Positions 51,460-60,470 of a DNA stretch of 64,000 nucleotides are shown here, piece by piece (positions within the stretch are counted from its first letter, which is position 1; the number at the start of each line of letters is the position of its first letter). Under the pieces are notes generated by a model. The model made no database searches and had not been told where the DNA came from. It was given only the letters and a program-made list of their open reading frames with translations. The position numbers and the translations under genes are program-made. The DNA lies in NCBI GenBank assembly GCA_045645425.1, contig JAZRIS010000017.1, forward strand, positions 1,573 through 65,572. Reading direction: 5' to 3'. Source of the stretch: Barnesiella sp. (lineage in GTDB: Bacteria > Bacteroidota > Bacteroidia > Bacteroidales > Barnesiellaceae_A).

Positions 51460-52563
51460 TTATTGTTCGTCATCTCTCGTTAAGTCCAAGACTTCACGGT
51501 CGCCACTCTTGTCTATGTATTGACGGCGCAAGGGTGAGGCATGTGCTATATCATCGGCTATGCGCCTACGGAAGACATCTAATGCTGTATAGATAGCCTG
51601 ACGGAACGACTCCTCCGAAGCAAGACCCTTGCCTGCAATATCATAAGCCGTACCATGGTCGGGCGATGTGCGCACATAGGGCAATCCGGCTGTGTAATTT
51701 ACGCCATTTTCCATAGCCAAGGCCTTGAACGGTGCCAAGCCTTGATCGTGATACATAGCCAATACACCATCAAACTTGCGATAATGCTCAGTGCCGAAAA
51801 AGCCGTCGGCGGCATAAGGGCCAAAGCACAAAATACCTTTTTTCTTGGCCTCCTCAATAGCCGGACGTATTATCTCTGTTTCTTCCTTGCCCAACATGTC
51901 ATTTTCTCCGGCATGAGGATTGAGCGACAAAACGGCTATACGAGGCTTGTACACAGCAAAGTCGTGGCTCAACGAATGCTCAAAGATTTGTAATTTTTCG
52001 AGAATAGACTCTTGCGACAACGAGCCGGCTACCTGTGACAATGGCATATGACCGGTTGCAAGTGCAATGCGCAACGTGTCATTGAGCAATATCATCAAGG
52101 CCTTGTCACCCTCCTCACCCAATCGCTCTTGCAAATACTCAGTGTGACCGGGGAAGTTGAAGTCGGGCAACTGCATCGTATGCTTGTTGATGGGAGCTGT
52201 CACCAACACATCGATGAGCCCTTCTGACAGGTCGGCTACTGCACGCTCAAGAGCCGCATAGGCCGCAGGACCCACCTGCTCGGTAGCATGTCCTATCTCT
52301 ACTTTTATCTCCTCGTCTATACAGTTTATGAGGTTGTTTTGCCCATCTACTACTTGTTGTGCGCTTGTCACTATATTGAAATTGACAGGCTCCATTTCAA
52401 GGGCTTTGCGATGATAGGCAGCCACCTTGGCCGAGCCATATACAACAGGAGTACACAATTCTACAAATCGGGCATCGGCAAGTGTCTTGAGGATAACTTC
52501 ATATCCTATACCATTTATATCACCTTGCGTGATGCCTACTTTTATCATTCTATTCTCACTCAT
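51460..52563 (-). CDS. pdxA: 4-hydroxythreonine-4-phosphate dehydrogenase
   Basis: GD.NGIG.E, TAPINK, GHTEYL, LNPHAGE, MYHDQG, RTSPDHGTA. Confidence 0.95.
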   Translation of the reverse strand: MSENRMIKVGITQGDINGIGYEVILKTLADARFVELCTPVVYGSAKVAAYHRKALEMEPVNFNIVTSAQQVVDGQNNLINCIDEEIKVEIGHATEQVGPAAYAALERAVADLSEGLIDVLVTAPINKHTMQLPDFNFPGHTEYLQERLGEEGDKALMILLNDTLRIALATGHMPLSQVAGSLSQESILEKLQIFEHSLSHDFAVYKPRIAVLSLNPHAGENDMLGKEETEIIRPAIEEAKKKGILCFGPYAADGFFGTEHYRKFDGVLAMYHDQGLAPFKALAMENGVNYTAGLPYVRTSPDHGTAYDIAGKGLASEESFRQAIYTALDVFRRRIADDIAHASPLRRQYIDKSGDREVLDLTRDDEQ

Positions 52564-52684
52564 TGCTGATGTATTATAGTTGCAGGAATAGCTTTGTGAT
52601 TAAAAAAAATTCAATCTTCAAAGTTAATAATTTTTGCACAAATATAACCTAACAACGTATATTGATTTGTAAATGTTTTGCAAA

Positions 52685-53707
52685 TTATGATTTATTTTTA
52701 GCAGTGGATAACATACCACAAGCGGCAAAAATATCTTCTCCGCGCGAAGCTCTGATGGTAGCCGTAACGCCACGTTCATTAAGGCGGTCGCGGAAGGCCT
52801 CTATCTGAGTCATGTCGGATGTCTTCAAATCGACACCGGGTATGGCATGAAAGCGAATGAGATTGACAAGACATGGCAATCCGCCCAACAGCTTGACAAG
52901 CGCATCGGCATGCTTTATAGAATCGTTGAAATCACGGAAAACGATATACTCAAACGACAATCGTCGCTGACGACTCCAATCGTATTGACGCAACATATCC
53001 AACAACTCTTTTACAGGGAAGGCTTTTTCAACAGGCATTACTTGGGCACGTTGCTCGGGGTACGGAGCATGAAGGCTCAATGCCAGATGACATCCACTCT
53101 CTTCGATAAAACGGCGCAGTGCAGGACGGTATCCGATTGTCGATACGGTAATGCGATGCGGACTCCAAGCCAATCCCCACGGCTCGGTGAGGATGCGCAA
53201 CGCCTTGAGCAACTCATCTATATTATCGAGCGGCTCTCCCATACCCATAAAGACAAGGTTGGTGAGTGTGTCGCTCTTGGGTACGGAGATTATCTGATTG
53301 ATTATCTCATGGGCGGTGAGATTGCGCGTAAAGCCTTGCTTACCTGTCATACAGAAGTAACAATTCATCTTGCAACCTACTTGCGATGATACGCACAACG
53401 TTGCACGCTTCTTGTCGGGAATATACACAGCCTCTACACCCGACGAAGCACCGACATCGTAGAGATACTTGGCAGTACCATCTACCGACTGCATGGCATG
53501 CGAGGGAGCATAGTATCCCACATCATACGACTCGGCAAGTACCGTGCGGTGAGCTTTCGATATATTGCTCATCGCCTCTATATCATTGACACGGCGCACA
53601 TATATCCATTGAGCTATCTGCTTGGCCGCATAGGAGGGCATACCGCAACGGGCTGCCACCTCTTGCAACTCTTCAAGGGTCTTACCTACAAGATGTTGTT
53701 TATCCAT
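52685..53707 (-). CDS. rlmN: Dual-specificity RNA methyltransferase RlmN
   Basis: CVSSQVGCKMNCYFC, FMGMGEP, SLHA, DIFAACG. Confidence 0.95.
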   Translation of the reverse strand: MDKQHLVGKTLEELQEVAARCGMPSYAAKQIAQWIYVRRVNDIEAMSNISKAHRTVLAESYDVGYYAPSHAMQSVDGTAKYLYDVGASSGVEAVYIPDKKRATLCVSSQVGCKMNCYFCMTGKQGFTRNLTAHEIINQIISVPKSDTLTNLVFMGMGEPLDNIDELLKALRILTEPWGLAWSPHRITVSTIGYRPALRRFIEESGCHLALSLHAPYPEQRAQVMPVEKAFPVKELLDMLRQYDWSRQRRLSFEYIVFRDFNDSIKHADALVKLLGGLPCLVNLIRFHAIPGVDLKTSDMTQIEAFRDRLNERGVTATIRASRGEDIFAACGMLSTAKNKS

Positions 53708-53734
53708 ATAGCTTCACTCTCTTTGCAATAGAAG

Positions 53735-53769
53735 AAAAAGAGCGTCTAATTTTTCTGTTAGACGCTCTT
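53735..53769 (-). terminator. Intrinsic terminator after the ppiD-like gene
   Basis: AAGAGCGTCTAA...TTAGACGCTCTT with an A-run. Confidence 0.7.
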
Positions 53770-53789
53770 GGTAACTTATAAGATTTCTA

Positions 53790-55883
53790 TTAGAAGAAAC
53801 GTACCAATGTATTCTCGATGTTGGCTTTTTCTTTAAGCACTTCGATAAATTGGTTTACAGCCGACATGTATTGTTGCTCCAAACGACCCATTTCGCTCTC
53901 CTCGTTGTAGGGGCGAGAAGCGGGATTTTCGTTTACAACTTGCAATACATACACACCGCGATTACCGGCAACAGGAGCCGAAACCTCGCCCATTTCAAGA
54001 CCTGTGGCAGCACCTGCAACGAGGGGCTCATAACCAAGACCTGCGATGCTGGGAGAAGCTACGGTAACAAACTTCACAGTATCAACTTTGCTATTCAAAG
54101 CCGAAGCGTAAGCCTCCATAGTAGCAGGAGTAACGGCAACGATTTGTTTGGTTATTTCATCAGCCTTCTTGTTGCGACGAACGGTAGTTGTGAGCATACC
54201 CTCCATATCTTCCATAGGACGATAACCCTCTTTGGTCACCTTCTCCAACATAGCAACTACATAACGGTCGTCGATTTCATAAATCTCTGACAAATCGCCT
54301 TTCTTGGCATTGAAAGCCCAGTGGATGATTTGACGGCTGTTTTGCACTCCGGGCAATGAAGTGTGCTCTGCTTGACAATCGGCAGGCAAGGCAACATATC
54401 CGGCAGTGTGTGCGCTATCGGTAAATTGCTCTACATTGTTGTACTTGGCAACATAAGAAGAGAGAGCGTTATAGAGATTTGTTTCAGTATCTACGCTGGG
54501 AACAACACCTATTGTGAGAGTGGCAACCTTGGCCTTGGCAACAGGAGCCGAACGTTTTACAACCTTAACGATGTGTTGTGCACCACCGAGGCTTGTTGTC
54601 TTGAAGGAAGCATCGCCGGCAGCAAATACATCGGCTACAAATTCGCGACCGAGCTCGGCATACATACCCTCTGTCACAGCAAAGTCTTGCATAACATTGA
54701 CATCGCTACCGAGTGATGCAAAATCGGCACCGGCAGTCAATACATTATATACGCTATCGATGCGATTGTCACCCATAGCAAATGTAGCAACATGAACAGT
54801 CACTGTATCGGGAGCATTCTTGGTTCCCATCAAACGATACATGGTGTAGGCCTCATTGGCAAAAGCGGGAGCTGTTGCGTCACCTACCTTAGCAGACTCG
54901 ACAAAGGCTTTCATATCATCCGACATGCTGTTCACTGCAACATAAACATCCTCATAGGGAACGTCAGAGTTGTTATCGACAACAGCAGCTACATCATCGG
55001 TTGTTGCAAATACTTCTTGCAACATATTGATTTGCTCTTGAACTTTTGCATAATCCTCGCGAGAAGGTTTCACCTCTACGGCAATGTAACGGATAGTGCG
55101 AGTTTCGGGCATTTCGTAGCGAGCTTTGGTTTTGTCATACTCGGCTTTCAAATCCGACTTTGACACCTCGATAGTAGAGTCGGCAATAGAGGTATAGGGT
55201 TGCATTACATAAGCAACATCTACCGAGCGAGTTTGAGCCGCAAAAGCCATCTCTGCATCTATTCTGTTGGGAGCCGAAGCAGCAATCAACAAGTTTGTAA
55301 ACTTCTCATAAGCACGAGATTGGCGTATTTGGTTCTCCATATCAAGCCATGCTTGACGTTGCGCAGCGATTTGTTGCAACTGAGCTTCATCGGTATAACC
55401 ATTTTCCTCGGGGTGGAATACAACATTCAAGTAGTTGTCGAGAGCTTGACGATCGAAGATACCGGTTGTGGGGTCGGTAAATGCACGGGCAATCTCGGGG
55501 TGGATGTTGTTGCCGGTGAGCATATCTTGAAGCTCGGCATCAGACACTGCGATACCTACAGCAGCAAGTTCCTCTTCAATGAGTTGCTCATTTACCATTT
55601 GGTTGTAAACATCGATTTGGATGTTGGCCGACATGCCGTCGGGCATTGTCATACCGTTTTGTTGGTACATCGATTGCATTTGCTCGGTACGAGCATTCAC
55701 GCGCTCTTGATACTCCTCAACGCCAATAGATTTACCATTGACTGTTGCAACTTTGTTTTGATTCATCATGAAGAATGACTGTCCCGAGTTAAGGAAGTCA
55801 CCAATGATAAAGGCAAGCAAAGCGAGGCCGATTACTACAACGAGCAAGGCGGCTTTGCTTCTGATTTTCTCTAACGTAGCCAT
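53790..55883 (-). CDS. PpiD-like periplasmic chaperone (SurA N-terminal domain)
   Basis: MATLEKIRSK..LL..VIGLAL.AFI.GD N-terminus; C-terminal G.RGVYV...ANIEN....FF. Confidence 0.88.
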   Translation of the reverse strand: MATLEKIRSKAALLVVVIGLALLAFIIGDFLNSGQSFFMMNQNKVATVNGKSIGVEEYQERVNARTEQMQSMYQQNGMTMPDGMSANIQIDVYNQMVNEQLIEEELAAVGIAVSDAELQDMLTGNNIHPEIARAFTDPTTGIFDRQALDNYLNVVFHPEENGYTDEAQLQQIAAQRQAWLDMENQIRQSRAYEKFTNLLIAASAPNRIDAEMAFAAQTRSVDVAYVMQPYTSIADSTIEVSKSDLKAEYDKTKARYEMPETRTIRYIAVEVKPSREDYAKVQEQINMLQEVFATTDDVAAVVDNNSDVPYEDVYVAVNSMSDDMKAFVESAKVGDATAPAFANEAYTMYRLMGTKNAPDTVTVHVATFAMGDNRIDSVYNVLTAGADFASLGSDVNVMQDFAVTEGMYAELGREFVADVFAAGDASFKTTSLGGAQHIVKVVKRSAPVAKAKVATLTIGVVPSVDTETNLYNALSSYVAKYNNVEQFTDSAHTAGYVALPADCQAEHTSLPGVQNSRQIIHWAFNAKKGDLSEIYEIDDRYVVAMLEKVTKEGYRPMEDMEGMLTTTVRRNKKADEITKQIVAVTPATMEAYASALNSKVDTVKFVTVASPSIAGLGYEPLVAGAATGLEMGEVSAPVAGNRGVYVLQVVNENPASRPYNEESEMGRLEQQYMSAVNQFIEVLKEKANIENTLVRFF

Positions 55884-56066
55884 TTGTTACTTTCTATTTT
55901 AGTTTTTATTTATATACTATTTATCAAGGGTGCGAATTTACAAAAAAAGCACGGATAGCCGAAATATAATGGTAAAAAATTTACTTAAAGTTATATTTTT
56001 GCACTATTTGAGGCCATTCTTGGCTGTTGCAACCGCCCCGATGATGTTTTCGATGAGTACTCGACA

Positions 56067-56696
56067 CTATTGTATGCTATCGGCAACGATGGTGTCGGGC
56101 GGGAGTGCATTGCGCTCGATAGTAAAGATACCGGTAGTGCGCAAGATGACATATTGGGTTATCTGCTCGTTTGACTTAAAGCCTACTCCCTCTATCACTT
56201 CTTCTCCGTCGATGATGCGAATGGCCGAGTCGGAGTATATCAATCGTGTTTGTTGATCCCAATAGAGTTGTTGCGTATGAAAGATTGTTCCATCTATATT
56301 CTCTATATGCACATTGCCATTCAATCGCCACAGCTGCGGTTTTTTATAGTATATGGCCGTATCTCCTTGTATCATTGTTTCGGTGGCCAATAGCGTGTCG
56401 AACTTCTCGACATATATACCTTCGGGAAAATACCAATACGGCTCCTCACGGTTTTCGTTTTCATACATATACCACACGGGCGCTTCTATGCGATAACGTG
56501 TTATACCCGAGTCGGATATGAGTGTATTGACATTGCGGGTATATAGCGAGGGCATACTATCTACATTGATATCACCCTCTACAACCTCGGTCTTTTCAGA
56601 GGAACAAGCGGCCAACAATATCACACAACAAAGGGCTACACTCGCCATGCGTGTAACCCATGAAAGGAATTGGATATTGTTTCTATAACTACTCAT
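56067..56696 (-). CDS. lptC: LPS export protein LptC
   Basis: V.TLISDSG..RY, PYW.FPEG, DTA.Y, LW.L.GNV, T.QLYWD, IYSD, G.GF.SN. Confidence 0.85.
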   Translation of the reverse strand: MSSYRNNIQFLSWVTRMASVALCCVILLAACSSEKTEVVEGDINVDSMPSLYTRNVNTLISDSGITRYRIEAPVWYMYENENREEPYWYFPEGIYVEKFDTLLATETMIQGDTAIYYKKPQLWRLNGNVHIENIDGTIFHTQQLYWDQQTRLIYSDSAIRIIDGEEVIEGVGFKSNEQITQYVILRTTGIFTIERNALPPDTIVADSIQ

Positions 56697-56707
56697 CTAT
56701 ATATAAG

Positions 56708-56734
56708 AGGGCTACGCCTCTGCGACGTAGCCCT
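56708..56734 (-). terminator. Hairpin between C10 copy 1 and lptC (weak U-tract)
   Basis: AGGGCTACG...CGTAGCCCT. Confidence 0.55.
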
Positions 56735-56751
56735 TCTCGTGGTTTATCTTG

Positions 56752-58398
56752 TTATTTCTTTATGAAAGTCTTTACACCTACGCCTTCTTGGTGTACATAT
56801 TGCAAGATGTATGTACCGGCGGCAAGCGACGATACGTTCACCTCGTTTTTGTAGGCATCCAAGTTACCGGCTTGCAACTGCGCTCCGGCTATCGAGTAGA
56901 TGGCATAGTTGCCACCCACGGCGGGTACCTCGATGGTAACAACATCGGTAGCAATAGCGGGATAGATGCGCATGGCATCGCTCATCACGCTCTCTACGGC
57001 ATCGCTACTCACAATCTCAATGTCAAATTGTTTCTCAAACATCTCTCCGGTGGCTGCATTTGTAACTGTCATGAGGAGGCTCTTGAATGAGTTTTTATCC
57101 TCCACTGTCTTGGTCGATACGAGCTTGCCATCCACCACATCATAGGGCGAGTCGGTATATTTTTGTGTCACAGGGTGCTTGGGGCCTTTGAGCTCATACT
57201 CAAATACGGCATCGGCATCCTCACACGACACAATCACATCGGCAAGTGCCACTCCGGCGGCTGTTCCGACAGGGAATTTTGTGGTACTCAATTTTACGCC
57301 ATAAGGTGCTGTGGTAGGCAATCCTACTCCGGCTACGATGCTATTGGCATAGGGGAATGTCATGCCTTGAAAAGAGTCTTCCATCTTTTCGATGTCAAAA
57401 TAGCCATTACCATAGCCATTCCAACCCCAATTCACGTGTACTTTTTGTGTTGAATTTTTCCATCCGTCAAGGTTCCAGCAGTGACCACCATAATCGCCCG
57501 AGCCGAAATAGATAATCACACGACCCAAGGTGATGTCGGTAAGTATCAACTTCAACCATTCATCGACACTTGAACCTTTCTCTTCATAGTGCAACTTTTC
57601 GGGGTCATATCCAAAGTAGCGACCCAAAGCTGTTTCTACAATTTGATCTCCTGTACCCGAGGCTTCGGGGGTATAAACCATATTGACCGACACACCACAG
57701 TGATACAACAAGCGGGCTATCTCGTCATAGTCGCCATTGGCCATTGCCTCCCAATCGTAGGGCTCTTCTTCATCATAATTGACAGACAAAAGACCTATAT
57801 CGGGACATGAGTATGAGGCTTTTCCTTGCGCTGCTTCGGGATAGCGTTGCACCATCATGGCTTGTGTCATACCTACTGCCACACAACCCACCAAAGTGGG
57901 CTTGCCATTCATCTTGGGGCAATATTTGTTGAAGGGAGAATCTTGTCCAAGATCCAATTTGATAAGAGGCTCTACATCGGGAAAATCTACTTTTGCAGGT
58001 TTGCGACGCTTCTCTTGCATCTCGTCATTATAGGCTACACCGGCCTCATTGCGGGCTATATTCACAATGCGTTGTGCACAGGCATCGAGTGTTATACGCA
58101 TAGGCTCGGGTACTACATAGGCATCGGTGGTGTTGTAACCGATAATAGGGCTGACAGACGATTGTGCCTCTACAATAGCCCAACCTCCTCCATTATACTC
58201 TACAACATAGTAGGCGGGGGTACCATCTTTTTCTACCAAGCTCACTTGCGCCTCTTGTGCACCGCGCCATTCGCTATCAAGCGACAAGAATTGGTCGGCA
58301 GTGGCTTTGGCAACTTCGGGCGATATAACCTCGGCATACGATACCATTCCCATAACAGAGAAAAGCACCAAGGCCAACAACGAGAAAAACTTTTTCAT
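56752..58398 (-). CDS. C10 (streptopain-like) cysteine protease copy 1, with cadherin-like domain and T9SS CTD
   Basis: Propeptide YYVVEY..GGW, Q..PFNKYCP, VGCVAV, GGHCW..DG, HVNWGW; CTD IYP...IYS..G...GTYIL...KTFIKK; start MKKFFS. Confidence 0.9.
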   Translation of the reverse strand: MKKFFSLLALVLFSVMGMVSYAEVISPEVAKATADQFLSLDSEWRGAQEAQVSLVEKDGTPAYYVVEYNGGGWAIVEAQSSVSPIIGYNTTDAYVVPEPMRITLDACAQRIVNIARNEAGVAYNDEMQEKRRKPAKVDFPDVEPLIKLDLGQDSPFNKYCPKMNGKPTLVGCVAVGMTQAMMVQRYPEAAQGKASYSCPDIGLLSVNYDEEEPYDWEAMANGDYDEIARLLYHCGVSVNMVYTPEASGTGDQIVETALGRYFGYDPEKLHYEEKGSSVDEWLKLILTDITLGRVIIYFGSGDYGGHCWNLDGWKNSTQKVHVNWGWNGYGNGYFDIEKMEDSFQGMTFPYANSIVAGVGLPTTAPYGVKLSTTKFPVGTAAGVALADVIVSCEDADAVFEYELKGPKHPVTQKYTDSPYDVVDGKLVSTKTVEDKNSFKSLLMTVTNAATGEMFEKQFDIEIVSSDAVESVMSDAMRIYPAIATDVVTIEVPAVGGNYAIYSIAGAQLQAGNLDAYKNEVNVSSLAAGTYILQYVHQEGVGVKTFIKK

Positions 58399-58556
58399 AC
58401 AGATAATTATTTGTGTGTTATTCATTTTCGGGTGCAAAGAAACAAATTTAAGAGCTATTATGCAAGTTATGCAACTTTTTTTGACATACGCTTGTCAATA
58501 AAAACGGGCAAGAGTATTATGCCTACCCTCGCCCATGTATTTTATTGAATTTCTAC

Positions 58557-60215
58557 TTATTTCTTGATAAAGGTCTTTACACCCACGCCTTCTTGGTGTA
58601 CATATTGCAAGATGTATGTACCGGCGGCAAGCGACGATACGTTCACCTCGTTTTTGTAGGCATCCAAGTTACCGGCTTGCAACTGTGCTCCGGCTACCGA
58701 GTAGATGGCATAGTTGCCACCCACGGCGGGTACCTCGATGGTAACAACATCGGTTGCTACTGCGGGATAGATGCGCATGGCATCGCTCATCACGCTCTCT
58801 ACGGCATCGGTGGTCACAATATTTATGCTAAATTGTTTCTCAAAAGACTCTCCTGTGTTGGTGTTTGTCACCTTTATCAACACGCTCTTAAACGAGTTCT
58901 TGTCCTCAACGGTTTGGGTCGATACGAGCTTGCCATCTACCACGTCATAGGGCGATGATGTATATTTTTGTGTCACGGGGTGTTTGGGGCCTTTGAGTTC
59001 ATACGAGAATACAACTTCGTCATCCTCGCACATGATAGTTACATCAGCAAGAGCTACTCCGGCGGCTGTTCCGAGGGGGAATTTTGTAGTACTCAATTTT
59101 ATTCCATAGGGAGCAGTAGTGGGTGCGCCCACGCCTACCACAGCACCATTGAGATAGGGGAAACTCATGTTTTGGTAAGAGTCGGACATGTCATTGATTT
59201 TGAAGTAGCCATTACCATAGCCACCCCAACCCCAATTCACATGCACCATTTGGGTCGAGTTTTTCCATCCGTCGATGTTCCAGCAGTGACCGCCCTCTTC
59301 ACCTTGTCCGCGATATACCACTACACGACCCAAGACGAGCTCGTCGAGCAAGAAATCTACCCACGCATCGTCCGACTCGGGTTTATCGACATAACGCACC
59401 AACTCTTTGTCGTAACCAAAGTTGCGCACCAAGGCTTCGGCCACTTTGGGTGTTTGCGCACCCGAGCCATCGAGACCATATTCCATATTAACCGACACAC
59501 CGCAGTGATACACCAAGCGTGCTATCTCGTCATAGTTGCCGGTTTGTTGGCTGGCATACATGGCATCCCAATCATACTCCGGCTCTTGATCGTAGTTGAT
59601 AGAGAGCAAACCCACCGATGAGCTGTACGAATATTTTCCGGTAGCTTTGACAGGAAAGCGAGCCGCCATCATGGCTTGCGCCATACCCACAGCCACACAG
59701 CCTACCAAGGCATTTTGTCCATCAATCTTGGGACAATACTTGTTGAATGGCTCTTCTTGATTGAGGTCAATAGCGATAAGGGGAGCTATATCGGGGGTTG
59801 TTGCAGCATCGGCCGCAGGCTTGCGTTGTTGTTGCACACGCCATGCCACATGCTCTTGGGTGGTTGTAGCAGCTGTTTCTACAATATTTCCGGCATATTG
59901 CACAAGTACCTCTTGCATAGGCTCGGGCACTACATAGGCGCCTGTATGGTTGTATGCAATGAGGGGATGTGACGACGATTGTGCCGACACGACTGCCCAT
60001 CCGCCTTCGCTATACTCTATTACATAATAGGCGGGAGTACCTTTGTGTTCTACAAGGCGAATTGTGGCCTCTCCGGCACCTACCCACTCTTCGTCTTGCG
60101 ACAATATTCTCTCGGCGGTCTGTTTGGCAACCTCTTGCGACACTACCTCGCCATACGATGCAAGGCATAGGTAAGACAAGAAAATCGTCACAAATACTGT
60201 AAAAATTCTTTTCAT
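58557..60215 (-). CDS. C10 cysteine protease copy 2, with cadherin-like domain and T9SS CTD
   Basis: Same motifs as copy 1; likely start MKRIFT at 60215 (or MH at 60221). Confidence 0.9.
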   Translation of the reverse strand: MKRIFTVFVTIFLSYLCLASYGEVVSQEVAKQTAERILSQDEEWVGAGEATIRLVEHKGTPAYYVIEYSEGGWAVVSAQSSSHPLIAYNHTGAYVVPEPMQEVLVQYAGNIVETAATTTQEHVAWRVQQQRKPAADAATTPDIAPLIAIDLNQEEPFNKYCPKIDGQNALVGCVAVGMAQAMMAARFPVKATGKYSYSSSVGLLSINYDQEPEYDWDAMYASQQTGNYDEIARLVYHCGVSVNMEYGLDGSGAQTPKVAEALVRNFGYDKELVRYVDKPESDDAWVDFLLDELVLGRVVVYRGQGEEGGHCWNIDGWKNSTQMVHVNWGWGGYGNGYFKINDMSDSYQNMSFPYLNGAVVGVGAPTTAPYGIKLSTTKFPLGTAAGVALADVTIMCEDDEVVFSYELKGPKHPVTQKYTSSPYDVVDGKLVSTQTVEDKNSFKSVLIKVTNTNTGESFEKQFSINIVTTDAVESVMSDAMRIYPAVATDVVTIEVPAVGGNYAIYSVAGAQLQAGNLDAYKNEVNVSSLAAGTYILQYVHQEGVGVKTFIKK

Positions 60216-60470
60216 GTGCATGATATTTATTTTAAATGTTATTTTTTCAGTTTTACGGCACAAAGAAAAGAAAATGCAACATAAAATCCAAGCAAATAAC
60301 ACTTTTTTATGCAATAGTTGATAATTATCAATTATTATGACAAGTTGGCAACAGAACTCGCCGGCTCTCTTGCCATCTTGACGCATCCAACCGCCACACT
60401 GCCTATAAAGCACAAAAAGAGCCGTACCTCGCATGGGATACAGCTCTCATAATACTATTATTGTACTATA

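Noticed and set aside
60216-60434. 73-aa N-terminal extension of C10 copy 2 in the ORF track
   Set aside because: It runs through the terminator of copy 3 and the promoter region. The paralogues start at the equivalent MK(K/R)(I/F)F signal peptide.
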